Part shown: piece after piece, positions 36,100 through 49,304 of the stretch
Layout: each line of letters starts with the position of its first letter
How positions within the stretch are numbered: the first letter of the stretch is position 1
From: Marsupella aquatica
Lineage: Eukaryota; Plantae; Marchantiophyta
Assembly (NCBI GenBank): GCA_973895155.1
Contig: OZ316893.1
Span: forward strand, 12,044,359 to 12,108,358
DNA length: 64,000 bases
Reading direction: 5' to 3'
Translations under genes and position numbers: made by a program
The notes under the pieces: model-generated
Database searches by the model: none
Seen by the model: the letters and a program-made list of their open reading frames with translations, nothing else
Told to the model about the DNA's origin: nothing

Positions 36100-37755
36100 T
36101 ATTTCCATTAGCTAGTTTTCCTAGCCACAGACCCCATGAGCCAGAATCTGGCAATTATCATTAAATTTAAGTAAATCTGACAGTCAAAAATTATTCTAGA
36201 AAAATTAGATAAGAATGATTCTTGGCATCTCCTCTTTCACCCACACACGAGGTGACCAGAATTAATCAAAGAGATTACAAACATTTTTAGCATCTTCTCC
36301 TTCACACACGCACTGAAGGTGACATTTGCCACCCACACACAAATGAAAAACGCCCTTAAAAACATATCCTGACCACCATACCCCACATTCATTATTATTA
36401 CTCCACCCAACAATTCCTCATTCCTGTGTGTTGTGTTCCATCGTTCCCAGTTTTCCACCCAGCCATAGACCCCATGAGCCACAATCTGATGGTCATTCTT
36501 TACATCTAAGTAGATCTAACAATCAAAATTCAATCTAAGAAAACTAGATATTAAGAAATATTCTTGGCATCTCCTCTTTCATACACACAAAGTGACCAAA
36601 ATTAATCAATGTTATATAAGATAAGAAATATTTTTAGCATCTTCTCCTTCACACACACAAGGTGACATTGGCCACCCATGCAAAAAGGAACATTCTCTTT
36701 AAAAAATACCCTGACCACCATACCCCACATTCATTATTATTGATTACTTCCACCCAACAATACTCATTGCTCTGCGTTTAGTTCCATCGTCAGTTTCCCA
36801 CCAGCCACAGACCCCATGAGCCAGAATCTGAAGGTCATTCGTTAAACCAAGTAAATCTAAGAAGTCCAATTAAATCTAAAAAAACTAGACAAGAAATATT
36901 ATTGGCATCTCCTCATTCACTCCACACAGTCACCAGAATTAATCAAAGAAAATAAGATAAGAAATATGTTTAGCATCTTCTACTTGACACACAAAGTGAC
37001 ATTCCACACAAAGTGACATTCCACACTCATGCCAAAGGAACTTTCTCTTAAAAAATACCCTGACCACCATACCCCGTTTGGTTTTAGGGTCTCCCGCCAG
37101 GTTCTGCTTCAGAGGTCTCCTTTGCGATTTACTCTGGAGCTTTACCAGACTTTTCAGTTCTCCACTTAGTAGGGCTGTTAGCCTTCTAGGCTTTTGGTTT
37201 GGGATCCTTTGGCTTGTTTTTTCTTGAGGCCCTTTTCCTCTTTTCCTCTCCTTCTTTGGGTTGCTTTGCCTTTGCGATCATGTCTCCCATATTGGCTTTT
37301 TTGCCTTTTGGCATTGTGATATATACTTCCACCCAATGGCTTTTTTGCCTTTTGGCATTGTGATATATACTTCCACCCAACAATTCCTCATTCCAGTGGG
37401 TTTGGTTCCATCGTTCCCAATTTTCCCCAGCCACAGACCCCATGACCCAAGGTAATTCTTTACATCTAACTATATCTAACGGTCAAAATTTAATCTAAGA
37501 GAACTACAGTAGATAAGAAATATTCTCGGCATCTACTCTTTCACACACAAGGAGATCAAAATTAATCATTGTAAAATAAGATAATAAATGTTTTTGGCAT
37601 CCTCTCCCTCACACTCACACACAAGGTGGCATTGGCCACCAATGCGAAAAGGAACATTCTTTTATTTAGAAAAATACCCTGACCACCATACGCCACATTC
37701 ATTATTATTACTGCCACCCAACAATTCATCATTCCTCTGCGTTTCGTGCCGTCAT
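36100..37755. repeat. Tandem array of ~340-bp units (about 4 copies) with a ~290-bp insertion
   Basis: The marker GCCA(C/T)AGACCCCATGA occurs at ~36124, 36462, 36803 and 37430. A foreign T-rich segment interrupts unit 3 at ~37075-37365. Confidence 0.9.
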
Positions 37756-38713
37756 TCCATTCCTCTTCTCTCCTCTCCTCTCCTCTCCTCTAGTCCTCTC
37801 TCCTCTCTCTGTTTCCGGCTCTTCAATTCGAGGTGTCTGTCGGTCTGCAATCTGCGCACCATGACTGTTGCGTGCTGTTTGATTGCGTGGGGACCAACGA
37901 TAAGGCACGGCTCGCACGGGACGGAATCGGGAATTCGGGATCGGAACTGGGCTTCAATTGAAATGCGCAGTGCTGCTTCTAGGGTAGTATTTAATTGATT
38001 GATTGATTGTCCGCCTGTCTGTTCTCCTTCCTTCCTTCCTTCCTTCCTTCCTTCTTGTGCAATCTTCATCATTCATTATTCTGTCCGGAATTCCGCCCGT
38101 CCTTCAAAAGAATCTGTTGTTTCTCTCTCTCTCTCTCTCGCTCTCGCTCTCAAAATCGCGCTCTGTAGCTTCTCTGCCTCTGTTTCCTTGCGCCGTGCGT
38201 CTCGGATGGTCCTGTTATGATCGTAGCACGCTAGTGGTGTAGGCGTACGAAGCACAAGGAAGCGACGGTGGCCGATTGTTGGAATCGAATTGCTCTCCCT
38301 CTGTTCGCAATCTCCTCCTCTTGTTCTTTCTTGTTCTCTCTTTTTCTCTCTTGCTCGCACCAAGCTTTGCCCATTTATTTCCCGAATTCATTCCTTTTGG
38401 TGGTCTGCCAAGTTCGTTTGTTCTATGAATGTGTGGGAACTGTGAGTGCGTCTGCCGGTATTGCATGACGTTCATGGAGGCGAGGAGTTGGAGGCGATTC
38501 AGGACGGGAGGGCGGAGTGGGTTGGATTGGACTTGATCGTAGGGAACTATGCAGATGTGTGAAGGCGAGGAGGCGAGTGCTGGCGATGGAGAGCTGACTC
38601 GAATGCCGTGCAATTAACAAATTGGTGGAGGAGAGCGACGGAGGGTGGGGTCGGGTGGGTGGGTGGGAGGGAGGGAGGGCTGAGGCGCAGGAGATCAGAC
38701 CGTTTCCGCTGCG

Positions 38714-41700
38714 ATGTCTTGGTTTTCGAGATCCTTCTCCATGGCGGAGGACGAGGACGCGGAGGAGCGGAGGAGGGGGGAGGAGGACGAGGATGACGAG
38801 GAGGACGAGGAAAGCGATTCGCTGAATTTAGCGGAAATTGCGTCGGCCACAGGAGCGAGTATCAAGGAGGATTTCTCCAACTTGAGGAAAACATTCACGC
38901 GGCAGCTGTGGGGAGTGGCATCCTTCATAGCCCCTCCGCCACCTCCTGGGAAATCCTCTACGACAGAAAAAGGAGGAATAGAAGAAGAAGAAGAAGAAGA
39001 AAGTTCACAGGAGGAGCAATTGGTGCAGCAGCAAGGAATAGATGAGGAGGTTCGAGGCTCAAGCGGTGCCGCTGCCTCGGAGATAGAATCGCGAATAGGA
39101 GAAGTAGGAGGATTCAGTCCGCAAAATCTCGGTCTCATGCAGTCCAACACGACCGCAAGCAGAGGAATTGCCTCCGGGGGCGCATTCTTAGCCCCCGAGG
39201 AAAGCGATCCTCAATTGATTGTCTCTCCTCGAAGTAACAAAAACATCATTGAGAATCTTGTCTCATCAGGAGAAAATCAAGGATTTGAGCGGCCGAAGCT
39301 GACCGGCCTGCGGAGCGACTTTGCAGAATTGAGGGGAACCGTGGCCACTGGAATTTCCCGCATTACCTCCGTCCTCCGTGAAGTGACCGGAGATGATGAC
39401 AGCGGAGAGGATGATGAAGATGAGGAGCATGTACCGCTCGTTTCCAGCGGTGAGAGTCCCCATCATCCACTTTCCAGCCCCGTAGTTGAGGAACAACGAC
39501 AGGGTGTGAATTCTCCCAGACGTAGCTTCGATGCTTTTCTCAAACCTCTGTTTGGGAGTATGCTTATGCGGGAAAATTCATCATCCATCGAAGGAGATGT
39601 AAATCCTGTAGAAGACGAAGGAGCTGAGAGAGGTTCTTATTATTCCAGAGAGTTCCCAGAAGGCAAAGGAGAACCCACTTACAGAGAATTGGAGTCGTTG
39701 CCGTCGGCCATTGCGAGCGGCATTGGTGGAATTTCGAAGTTTGCTTCTAGTTTGCTTCAAATTGTGACCGATGAATTTGATGAGGATAAGGAAGATGGAG
39801 TGGAAGAGGAAGAGGAAGATCTTGGAGTTGGTCTGACAGAATCCGTCCTGACCTTTGCGAGAAACATTGCCATGCACCCGGAGACTTGGTTGGACTTTCC
39901 TTTGACAGAGGATGATCCTGATGATGGTATTTCTTCCTACTCGACCATTATTGGGTTTTTGAGACCTTTCATTTGTGTCCTAGGGTCTAAATCTGGGCAT
40001 GTGTATGAGAAGTCGCCAGCTGAAGATCAAGGTCAATGGGTCAAATGGGGATCATTCGCTGTGTCATAATTACGACGTAACCGAAGAGCTTAGGTTGTTC
40101 AGTCAAGTTCGAATTTGTGGGCATATCTAGATTCAAGATATTGAACTCAGGCTGTCGAAGTAAGTGTTAATGGGTTTTGTAATGACCCAAAGGAGCATTG
40201 GTGGGGATTGCATTGCAGACTTTGAATTGACCAATTCGCAAAAAGACCATATACGTGCGTTAGAGCTTGCAGCTCCTGGTCTACAGGCGTTGAAAATCGA
40301 ACTGTGCCCCAACTACATGACGGAAGGACATTTTTGGAAGATCTACTTTGTGCTGATGCACTCCAGACTGAGTTCAAATGATGCTCTTATGTTGTCCAAC
40401 CCACAGGTATGCTGGCTTCTTTTTTGTGCATAGTTTCCCTCTTGCAAAATTCGTTGGGGTTTGGCATCTCAGAGAGGATCTAGGATCAGAAGATTTAAAG
40501 TGGACTAGGATTTCAGATAAAGTGAAAAATCATCCACAATCATGAGGTGCTTGTACTTTAAGCCTCATTTGGGCTCTTTAGGACTCCTCTAAAAACTGTT
40601 TCCCTTGGTCTCTGTCAATTGGATACGTAGCTAACGGACGAGGTCTAATAAGGATCAACTTTTAGAACAGCCTGTACAGCTGGGGGGAAACAATATAAAC
40701 GCAACATGCTTGATGGGATTTGCTGCATAATGTGCCTAAATCCTTATGCAAAATTGTAGCCGATTTAGTCATAAAATTCTGCCAGGATGCAACGGACCAC
40801 ATCTGTGCAAGTCTGTTTCATGCGAGGGAGCTCTTTACTTTGGATCAGGACTGTCTACTCGTTATTTTTCCGTCTGGGACGTCCTCCACACGAGAACCCT
40901 TCCAACTTCAGGATGCAACGAGTTTCTCTGGTTGTGATATTACTTTTTAACCTTATAATATGCCGAACTTTATTGAACTGCGGAGTTCCGGGACACATAC
41001 TTCGGACAGTGGTGTCCTGTCGATCTGTTGAGCTGACCTCATTCTAAGTGGTAGAAACCGAGAGGTAAGAGGGGGCATGGCGGATTCCTTTTACAAAAGT
41101 ACGACTTTCTCCGTGCATCAGAAATTAAGTATCAATACTTTTTCTCTCGAACATTTCGAACGGTGGAACGTAATGAATGGAACTGATATCTGAAAAGTGG
41201 TTGCGGAGATGACTGATTATATGACTAAGCAAGAGAAACCTTTATAAAAGTCAGGAGAGTGAGCATACACACTGCACTGACACTCACCGATTAATCACGA
41301 ACAGATCCAGTCCGATCAGTCATGCATTAGCTTCCTAATAAGCCAAAGAGAGTATGAGCACTAAGTTGGTGGCTGCGCCCCAATAAATCACTGATCAGCA
41401 AAACTCTACCATAACATGACGTTTAGTGTCATCCCTGCATTGTCTGAAGAACAGGGCTAGGGATCTCTCTGGGGACTTGACTTAACTTGGTTCAGCTTAA
41501 AAAAGGTCACTTTATGCACCAGCTTAAAATGATTCAGCTTAAAAAGGGTCACTTTATGCACCAGCTTATCTTGGTTCAGCTATTCCCTTCTGACTTTCTA
41601 GCATTCCTTACTGTCTTTCCGTTGGTCCTATTCGGCATTGCTGGACTTGAAATTTGTTCAACTCATAGATTGCCTTTGTAGTATTTCAGTACACGCTGCT

Positions 41701-44247
41701 CTTTGTCTCTGTTGTAACCACAAGCAGACGTGCCGCTTTTTATTGGCCGCTTTTTATTGGTCTCCCATATGGGAAATCCATGGACTTCAACGTCTCCTCA
41801 GGTCTATTCTAATGAATGCTATATAGTTTCGAGCCAAGTCAATTAGCTCATGACTTCTCTATTACTTTAGTCTTGCCACTCATCCAATTAGTGGAACTTG
41901 TTCGATCCAGGGATTTGAAATAAGCAGCATCTCTCACCCCCTTACTTGGCGTTAGCTTACAGGCATTTGAATAAATCAATATCAATATACGTTCAGATCC
42001 ATGAAGTCTGTCAATGAAGACGCTTTGAATTTTTGCTGATTTCTTGTTTTCCTTTCAATATGAGTTCCATATAAGTTACATAATCGGAACGTGCAGCACT
42101 TCCCTTAATATCTCTTGAGTGATGCCGCTACTAGACCCTAAGCTAATTGCAATGTCTTGAGTTTCTTTTGTGGGATCCGGAGACCAGGACTAGATTTCAA
42201 CCTCGTGGAAAATACCCAATGACGTTCAAATCAACTCCTCGTGATAGCAACGTAGGCATGCCGCGGCTAAGTAAGAAGTCACGCTTCCTGTAGTCGTCAT
42301 TATCCAATTCGATCTTTGAAAACTTCCACCTTTTCCATTCTTCATGCAGGTACCTTTGCATTCTTGTAGGCTTTAATCTTTGCATTCTTGTCTTCTTCGT
42401 CCTTCAGCGTTTAGGGTTTTGGGTTACTGTGAACATCTAGTTTCCTTCACCTCCTTACTGCTCACTTTGAAGTGATCATGTCTCAGCAGCCAGTGCTGTG
42501 ATGCTACCGTATGAGCGGTTTGTCCCCTGTCTTGTGGGACTTGCAAATTTCTTGCATACACAAGATATCTAAATATTATATTGAACAATGGAGTTCCCGT
42601 TTCATGATTTTGTGGCTTTGAAGCTACCGATTTAATCCTGGATCTCTCACCTTCGTATATTTGCCCTTTCGAGGTAAGCCGTAAGGCCTGTGCTAGAGCT
42701 CGTTGGTTGTTTTTTGCCCGTGGTCTTAGCCCACACCTCTCACACTGCCTTCCGTCCAGCTCTTTCGCCAGGATCCAAGCTGCATCTCGGCAGAAGTAAG
42801 CTAAGGTGGTTGTACTTCAACTGAAGACCTTCTAAGTGTTGCCCAGTTCATACAACCAAAGCTCATTGCCGTCATGATATCATCCATCGCTTGTGAGCTC
42901 CAGCAAAATTTACTACCTTTGGAACGCTCTTCAATTCACTGACACGGTTCACTAACACGTAGAACATGTGCCCCCATAGTAACGTACTTCTAGTTAGCTT
43001 CATGACCGTTTTTAGAGCTAAACTTGATATCTGACTTGATCACCTAACTTCAAGGCTCTTCAGCTTTGTAACTGTGGTAGAATTGTCAATAGGAGCGCTG
43101 GAGCTAATCAACACCCGTGCCCCTGGGAAGTTGATATGTTTCAAGTGTGTATCTTTGATTTCTCTTGCTCCATCCAGAAATAAGAAGTGCTGAAACAGGA
43201 CAAAACTGGAAGGGCCAATTTCGCTTTCCACTTCCTTGGACCTCAGTGGTCAGCTGGGTAGTGAGTGATATTTCCGTGTGGATTGCAAAATGAAACCAAA
43301 AATATGGAAACTCTTAGTGTAGTATGACAAAGAAAAACTGTTTTCTCATATTTGTGAACGTATGAAACGCCCTGTCGTATCAAAAATTCCTGCAGTCATA
43401 TCGGAAATATTGGACCTTTTGACTGGAAAGATATAGTTATCATAAATTCTTACGTATCATGCAATAAGCGCGTCTAGGACTAAGTTATGCCTTTATCAAT
43501 GTACGTGAATTTTTCCTGTTGCAGGTTGTAAGAGCACGTGCATCCATGCTTCAGGAGTTGCAGAGACGAGAACTGCCTCTTGGTGAGCTTCATCCTCGTC
43601 ACGAAGATGCGATAAACGAGAAGGTGGAAAGTGATGCCGTTGACGCCAGCCCACAAGACATCGAGCAAGCAGAAGATGAATTTGGAAGAGGATTATCAGC
43701 CCTGCCAACAAACAACACGGCAATTTCAAACCAAGCAGTTACTTCATCTGTTGAAGACTCAAACCAAGCAAGGGAAGTCAGCAAACTGGATCCCTCAATG
43801 GGTGGAAGTAAGCAAGCAACTGGCCTCTTTCAATCAGAGCCAGATAAGGGGAGGTTTTCAATGCTTCATCTGGAGGATGAAACTGAAGTTGATGAATGGC
43901 CTGATGAGGAACCATCCTCAAAGCAGCATGAAGTTGGTGATCCCAACAGCCGCTTGGACACCAGCACCTTGGGCGACGAAGATGTCTCCTTCAGCGACCT
44001 TGAAGAGGATGACTCTTCGGATAAAGCCACTTTCATCAACGAGGGAAAATCATTATCCAGCCCCAAGAGTCCTGCCAGTATAGTCCTAGATAGTGCACCA
44101 GCCATTCCATTGCTACCCAGGGAAACCTCGAGTCCTATGACACAAGGAGATGGGACACCTCGAAAATCCTCAGAGAGAGGAGAATTCAACGACTGGTTCA
44201 AAGTGGATCAGGATGACGTGGCCTCAGCTGGATCTTCCTCGCCGTAA
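38714..44247 (+). CDS. BSD-domain-containing protein, 707 aa, 3 exons
   Basis: Exons 38714-39926, 40219-40406 and 43525-44247 (2124 nt, GT-AG). Plant BSD-family motifs: MSWFSRS, KEDFS.L..TFTRQLWGVASFIAP, FARNIAMHPETWLDFP, QKDH...L..LKIELCPNYMTEGHFWKIYFVL, PQVVRAR.MLQEL, DVSFSDLE, NDW. Confidence 0.93.
42075..42410 (-). pseudogene. Decayed DEAD-box RNA helicase C-terminal fragment within BSD intron 2
   Basis: Minus strand, across frameshifts: TKK...LH...DDYRK....VA-SRGVDL-NVIGY-FP..G(V)E..V..RI...EILRE..VP. This resembles helicase motifs IV-VI (ATDVAARGLD..VINYDFP..EDYVHRI). Recognised by eye only. Confidence 0.4.
42680..43250 (+). pseudogene. Decayed F-box/LRR (RNI-like) gene fragment within BSD intron 2
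   Basis: Across frameshifts: SLVVFCPW..T....PS, FAQD..HL, IYYLWN.LQFTD, PNFKALQLCNCGRI...ALELI. These are cysteine-containing LRR repeats reminiscent of the Arabidopsis At3g58530-type F-box protein. Confidence 0.45.
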
Positions 44248-45831
44248 ACAAGATGGAGTTTTCATCACCCAGAAATAAGTCCAAGACATCGCGCCAAAAT
44301 ATTGAAACCAGTATCTACTTATGGAGATATTCTCACGGCTTGGAGGAAAAATTGGCAGCCATGTACATATATATATGTCTTGTAGGGATCTGATTTCCCA
44401 CCTGTTCAGGCACACCTCCCTTGTGTGAATGGGCTGCTTCCGCTTGAACATGTGTAATTAACGTTTATTTCGTCTACAGTACAAACTCGAATGTGAAGGA
44501 CACATCACACAGCCTCACTTTTTGAACAAAGGTAGCTTGCACTGCACTCGTTCCTAGAATGAGACAGGTGACAATCAATTGGACAACTCGAGCTTTCATG
44601 GTCTTGGTGAACTTTCTGAAGTAATGATCTTGTGGGTATTCTGGAGGTTTTGAGTTGTCACCTATTGTGAACACAGGATGTCACTTTTAACCAACAGGTG
44701 AAGCTTGCAAGCAACAAAATGGCGTGCTCTTGTCAAACTAGTACTTCTCGTAGCTTAGCAGACAGACTCTCCCAGGGAATTGTACAGGTCGACATCAGCA
44801 AAACGAGCCAAAGATAACCTTCGTCCACAGACCACGGCGTTGAGAACCCTGATTACAGAAGGAAAACGAGGAGCTGTGGACCATTACATGTATCTCGTCC
44901 GTGAGGTTTCTTAGCTTACAGGATATTCAAAGCTTAATCAAAGCTCCAGAACCGTCCATCGGTGCTTGGATATCACCTCCTCTCCATTGCTGAAACTCAC
45001 CATATCTCCAGTTGGTGTTCTAGATCACAGACACGTTCACTCAAGTAAGGTAGACGTCTCGGTGAACAGGGGGGAGAAGGAAGGGTCCCGGGGTCACGTG
45101 AATAAAGTGATCAGACAAGTACCGAAAGGTTATAGAAAGTAGAACTTCTGGAATGCGTGTGGAAATCTTTCCTGCAGGAAGGAAAAGAGTTTGTACGTTA
45201 TAACTATTTATATGGAAAGCTTAGGATCACTCACTCAATTTAAAGGTGCATTGCTGTGAAACTTGTTGTCAGGAGAAGGTGATGTGGCGTCTTGTATAAT
45301 TTGACGTTCAGAATTCCATTCCCCAAAAGCAATACACATGTCTAACCTCTGCCGTGCTCCTTCCAAAGTCATGAAGGACTGACATTTCGTCAGGGAGCAG
45401 ATTCGCGGACGCAACACATTTTTTGCAGCTCGTTACTGTACTGGCCAGCCGTGAAACTCTAGCTACTCCTGCAAAATCAAAGGCAGCTTCTTCACTGTCT
45501 AGCTTACAAGGAACGCCATGAACTCTTTTATGTGTTCGTGTAGGATTATGCATTGGGGTACATGGGCACAAATTGTGAGGAGTAACAAGCTATTTCAAGA
45601 CTTCTTTGCTAGTAGGCGAAAACAGTTATAACCTTTTCTCTAGGTGAAACATATACAAATGAGTCAACATCCAATTAAGTAGCATGGTCGTGTAAAAATA
45701 TTTTGCTTGTGCTCCTAATGAATCAGTTGACACATGGTACTATTTGTGTTATAATGGCGTTCTAAATATATGGCAAACTGATACAATAAGAGCTTCTTGT
45801 AGCTTTTCGATTGTTAGATGTTTTTTAGATA

Positions 45832-46122
45832 CAGGTGCTACAGCACTTAATGAAATTTCCTTGTCCATAGGATCAAGAACTACATCAATGTGAATCACCT
45901 GAGTGGGGCCTAGTGGCCATCTCTAGTGGCCAGGGGTGACTTGTGAGCAGCAGGTCCAAGTTCTACTCATGCTTGCGATACAGGTTTTGTGCCAGGTGCT
46001 ACAGCACTTAGTGAAATTTCCTTGTCCATAGAATCAAGAACTACATCAATATGAATCACCTGAGTGACTTGTTAGGAGCAGGTCCAAGTTCTACTCATGC
46101 TTGCGATACAGGTTGTGTGCCA
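45832..46122. repeat. Direct tandem duplication (~160 and ~130 bp), possibly SINE-derived
   Basis: CAGGTGCTACAGCACTTA...GCAGGTCCAAGTTCTACTCATGCTTGCGATACAGGTT occurs twice; the second copy has an internal deletion. Confidence 0.8.
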
Positions 46123-47444
46123 ACCGCCTCAGACGGGTCGTGTGTTATGTAGCAAGGCACTTGTGGTGATTGTAGGAATTATCTAAAATATGTACAAACA
46201 AATGATTCTCAATGCCGGCAAGCCAGTTGTGCAGCTTGTTCAAAAGCAGTTTCCCCTTAAAAAAAACTATCTCAATGTTGGCTATTAGTTAGATTTTCAG
46301 TTTAAAGGCATCAGGAGTTTGTATACTATTTTTTGAATTATGCCAAATAACTAGAATAAAACACATTTTTAGTGAAATTTTCAAAATCAAGCTCAGGACA
46401 AATCCAGCATAGGTTTTGAGTGGAGCATTGGAAGTAAGGAGGTCAACACAAATCGGGTGAAGAAAGTGGTATCTTGAATTAGTAGGTATGAAAAAGCTGC
46501 AGGATATTCTAATCTTTCCCAACTCCTCAACCATTTATTTGTGGGGGACAAGACGTTCTCGAGCTTTTCTTGACCAGTTGACATTGTTCATAGGTCTCTG
46601 TTTAAAAAGTTGTATATCGTTGTCTGCATGCATGCAGCAAGTGTAAGTACGTAGTCTTCAGGATCTTTAGGTATCCCAAGTTGGCACAAATTCTGTTTGG
46701 AATGAAACACCTTTTGAGGTTGTACAGATCTCTGACCATCTTGACTCATTGCTAGATAGAAAATGTCACTTTCCAAATCAATCCACTAGCACATCTTTGC
46801 AAACAATTTAAAAGCATGCCTATGTGAAGGTCAACTACACCGGAGTACAATGAAGCGCACATGAGGCAGGTCAAGCTGGTCCAGAATGTTCCAACGACAA
46901 ACAGTTCCCAAAGTTACTTTCTAGTATTGCTAAAAATTTACATGGCACCAGAGCTAAACTGTAGTATAGTAGGAATGATCAGGTTCACACATGCACGACA
47001 CAAAAAAATCCATTTTTCACAAATACAGCATAATGCCATAATATATTCCTCCACATTTCATATTTGCTTTAAGAACAATGTATATAGTGATAAATGAATG
47101 TTTGGCGGTTGGGTTGTGGTGGATGAACTATATATGTGTGCATAACAGGAGGGTGATTGAGGGAAGGGCAAGTGGGCATGAATTGAGGACCATACGGAGA
47201 GGCTGGGTGCACAGGGAGTTTGGCCATTTGTGAGCAAACCTTGGGTCAGACCTAGTTACAAAACTGGTGTGAAATACTCCCATCAATAATTCATAGTTTG
47301 ACACAAGTGTTGAGTTTATTTTTCTATTTGTGTTGTATAGCAATCCATCATGAAAGTACTTCTCTCATTCATAATTTCTTGGCCCTTTATGATTATTTTC
47401 TATTTTATTTTTTAATGTACAAGTGTTTATCAGTGGGTTTGCAG

Positions 47445-47668
47445 ATTTATTACATTCTAAGCTCGTCGGCCATATCGAGTCTCCTTAACATAACCTCTTC
47501 CTATCTTTCAACTAGCTCCGTAACAATGAGTCTGAGTTATTCCTAACAAGCAAACTCTTGCTTGTGTCTATAGTGTGCAGCATAACTAACCTAACCAAGT
47601 ATGCATCTAAGTTTAGCCTAAGTAAGATTGCGATCATAACCCCTAGACTTAAGAGTAAATGTCTAATG
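47445..47668 (-). mobile_element. Partial LTR, Copia-like family A
   Basis: Shares AACAATGAGTCTGAGTT, ACTAACCTAACCAAG and CTAGACTTAAGAGTAAATGTCTAA with the other family-A LTRs. Confidence 0.7.
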
Positions 47669-47739
47669 TGTTTGACATTCAGCACAAAAGGTTCAGATTC
47701 ATAATTGAAATGACAACAACTCCATATTGTGGGCTCACA

Positions 47740-48400
47740 TTGCTGGCAGATCAAAATTGGCAATTGGAATGGTCTTGTTTTGTACTACAAATTTGTTTAT
47801 TTGCATTGCATAAGTTGACTATGATTATGCTAGCTTCCATCCCATAGCCCTCCATCCTCCATACCATAGCTCTCCACCTCCAGCCAATAGTCCTCCTTCC
47901 GGTTGGTTGCCATACCCATCAAAAATTAATGTTTCCCAAACAAAGCAGACCCATCCCTTTAAACAATAAAACTTTGGTGTTCAAAGTTTATTTGCACTGT
48001 CTACATAAAGTTGAGTTTGGTGCTAGCTTCTATTCCATAGGGCCTCTTGCCAACAGGACAGTAGCCCTCCGGCTTCTATCTCATAACTCTCCAACCTCCA
48101 GCCCAGAGCTCTTCAGCCAGTCCTCCTGCCTTCCACCCGATTGGTTGCCATTCCCATAGCCCTAACAAAAGTAATGTTTTCCAAACAAAGAGGATCTGCC
48201 CCTGCAAAAAACTTCAAATTTGGTGTTACAAGTTTATTTGCATTACATCAGTTGTTGACTTTATGTGGGCTTTTATGCTAGCTTCCATCCTATACGCCTT
48301 CTGCCAGAAGGGTTATAGCCCTCTGGCCTCTATCTCCATCCCATAGCCCTACACTACAGTATCCAACCCATAGCTCTTTGCCTCCAGCCCACCACTCTTA
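47740..48400. repeat. Degenerate tandem repeat (about 3 units, 190-255 bp)
   Basis: GCTAGCTTC(C/T)AT...CCATAGCCCT...CTCCAGCC at ~47829, 48022 and 48277, with AAGTTTATTTGCA and AATGTTT-CCAAACAAAG also repeated. Confidence 0.7.
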
Positions 48401-49304
48401 GTCCCACAATTTCATGCATTTTCAAGAGTAGGTGAGTTTTATCGACTATCCCGGCCCCCATGTTTGCAAAATGAAGTTTTTTGGTTGATGACACGGAGGG
48501 GAACACATTTAGAAGTTTTACCCACTGCCAGGCAGTGATTGTTATCTGGTTTTTCTCCCCCCCAAGCACAAAATACACAAAAAAATATTAAACCAGCCAA
48601 GTGCACCCCTTCAATATGGTTGTTCTAACATGCCACTCACATGCGCCAAAACTGCAAAATGCTGTGCCAAAAAGGTGACCATTTGTGTTGTTGTGCAGTG
48701 TCCCCAAGCACTATGGTGTAAGCCTATCCAAGCTAGTCATGTTACCAAAAATGTTGGTCAAAAAAATTAATTAACCTATTTTCATCGTAGACCTATTGTA
48801 CTTGTATTGCTCATGAAACCATGTCCATTTGTATGACATGAAGGGTTCTCCATATGCAGACTCTCCATGCCCGTCCCACTCACAAGTAGACTCTAAACTA
48901 GCTTGAATGCACAAGTTTGTTCATAAATAAATGGTGAGTTTCAAATGCATTTTTCATGTTCAACCCCAAGAATACCTATGCACCTGAAGGTGTTATCTGT
49001 AGTCCGTGGGCTCAACACTTAACCCGTAACTTTCCTGCAACTTTAGGCAAAAATCCAAAAATCCGGAACTCTGGAAAGCCGTGACTGAAAACATGTGGAA
49101 ATTGCTCCTGACATGGTGATCGTTACTACATTTGAGGCAATGGCTGATCAAGAATTGAGAAAAAATATATATGCTATGAGACAGGTGAGACAGTAACTCC
49201 TGCCTTATGGGGCGGATCAATGTTACCGACCCGCATTTTTTAAATTCTATAAGTGAGTCTCATAACTTGAGTTATGAAATATATTATAAATTGGTAACTT
49301 TCAC

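Noticed and set aside
34333-37755. CRISPR-like reading of the tandem arrays
   Set aside because: Whole units are repeated with no unique spacers, there are no cas genes, and the DNA is eukaryotic.
41250-41270. GAGAGTGAGCA similarity to miR156
   Set aside because: Only an 11-nt match, with no complementary arm nearby.
41880-42430. Alternative reading of the intronic fragment as a ribosomal protein L7 pseudogene (YVTY, KTLQL)
   Set aside because: The matches are short and scattered across frames; the DEAD-box motif V-VI reading fits better, though neither is confirmed.
38695-44201. Antisense and alternative-frame ORFs overlapping BSD exons
   Set aside because: Shadow ORFs of the acidic low-complexity coding sequence.
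45050-45080. PPVHRDV kinase-like string on the minus strand
   Set aside because: It is isolated, followed by a stop, and no other kinase subdomains were found.
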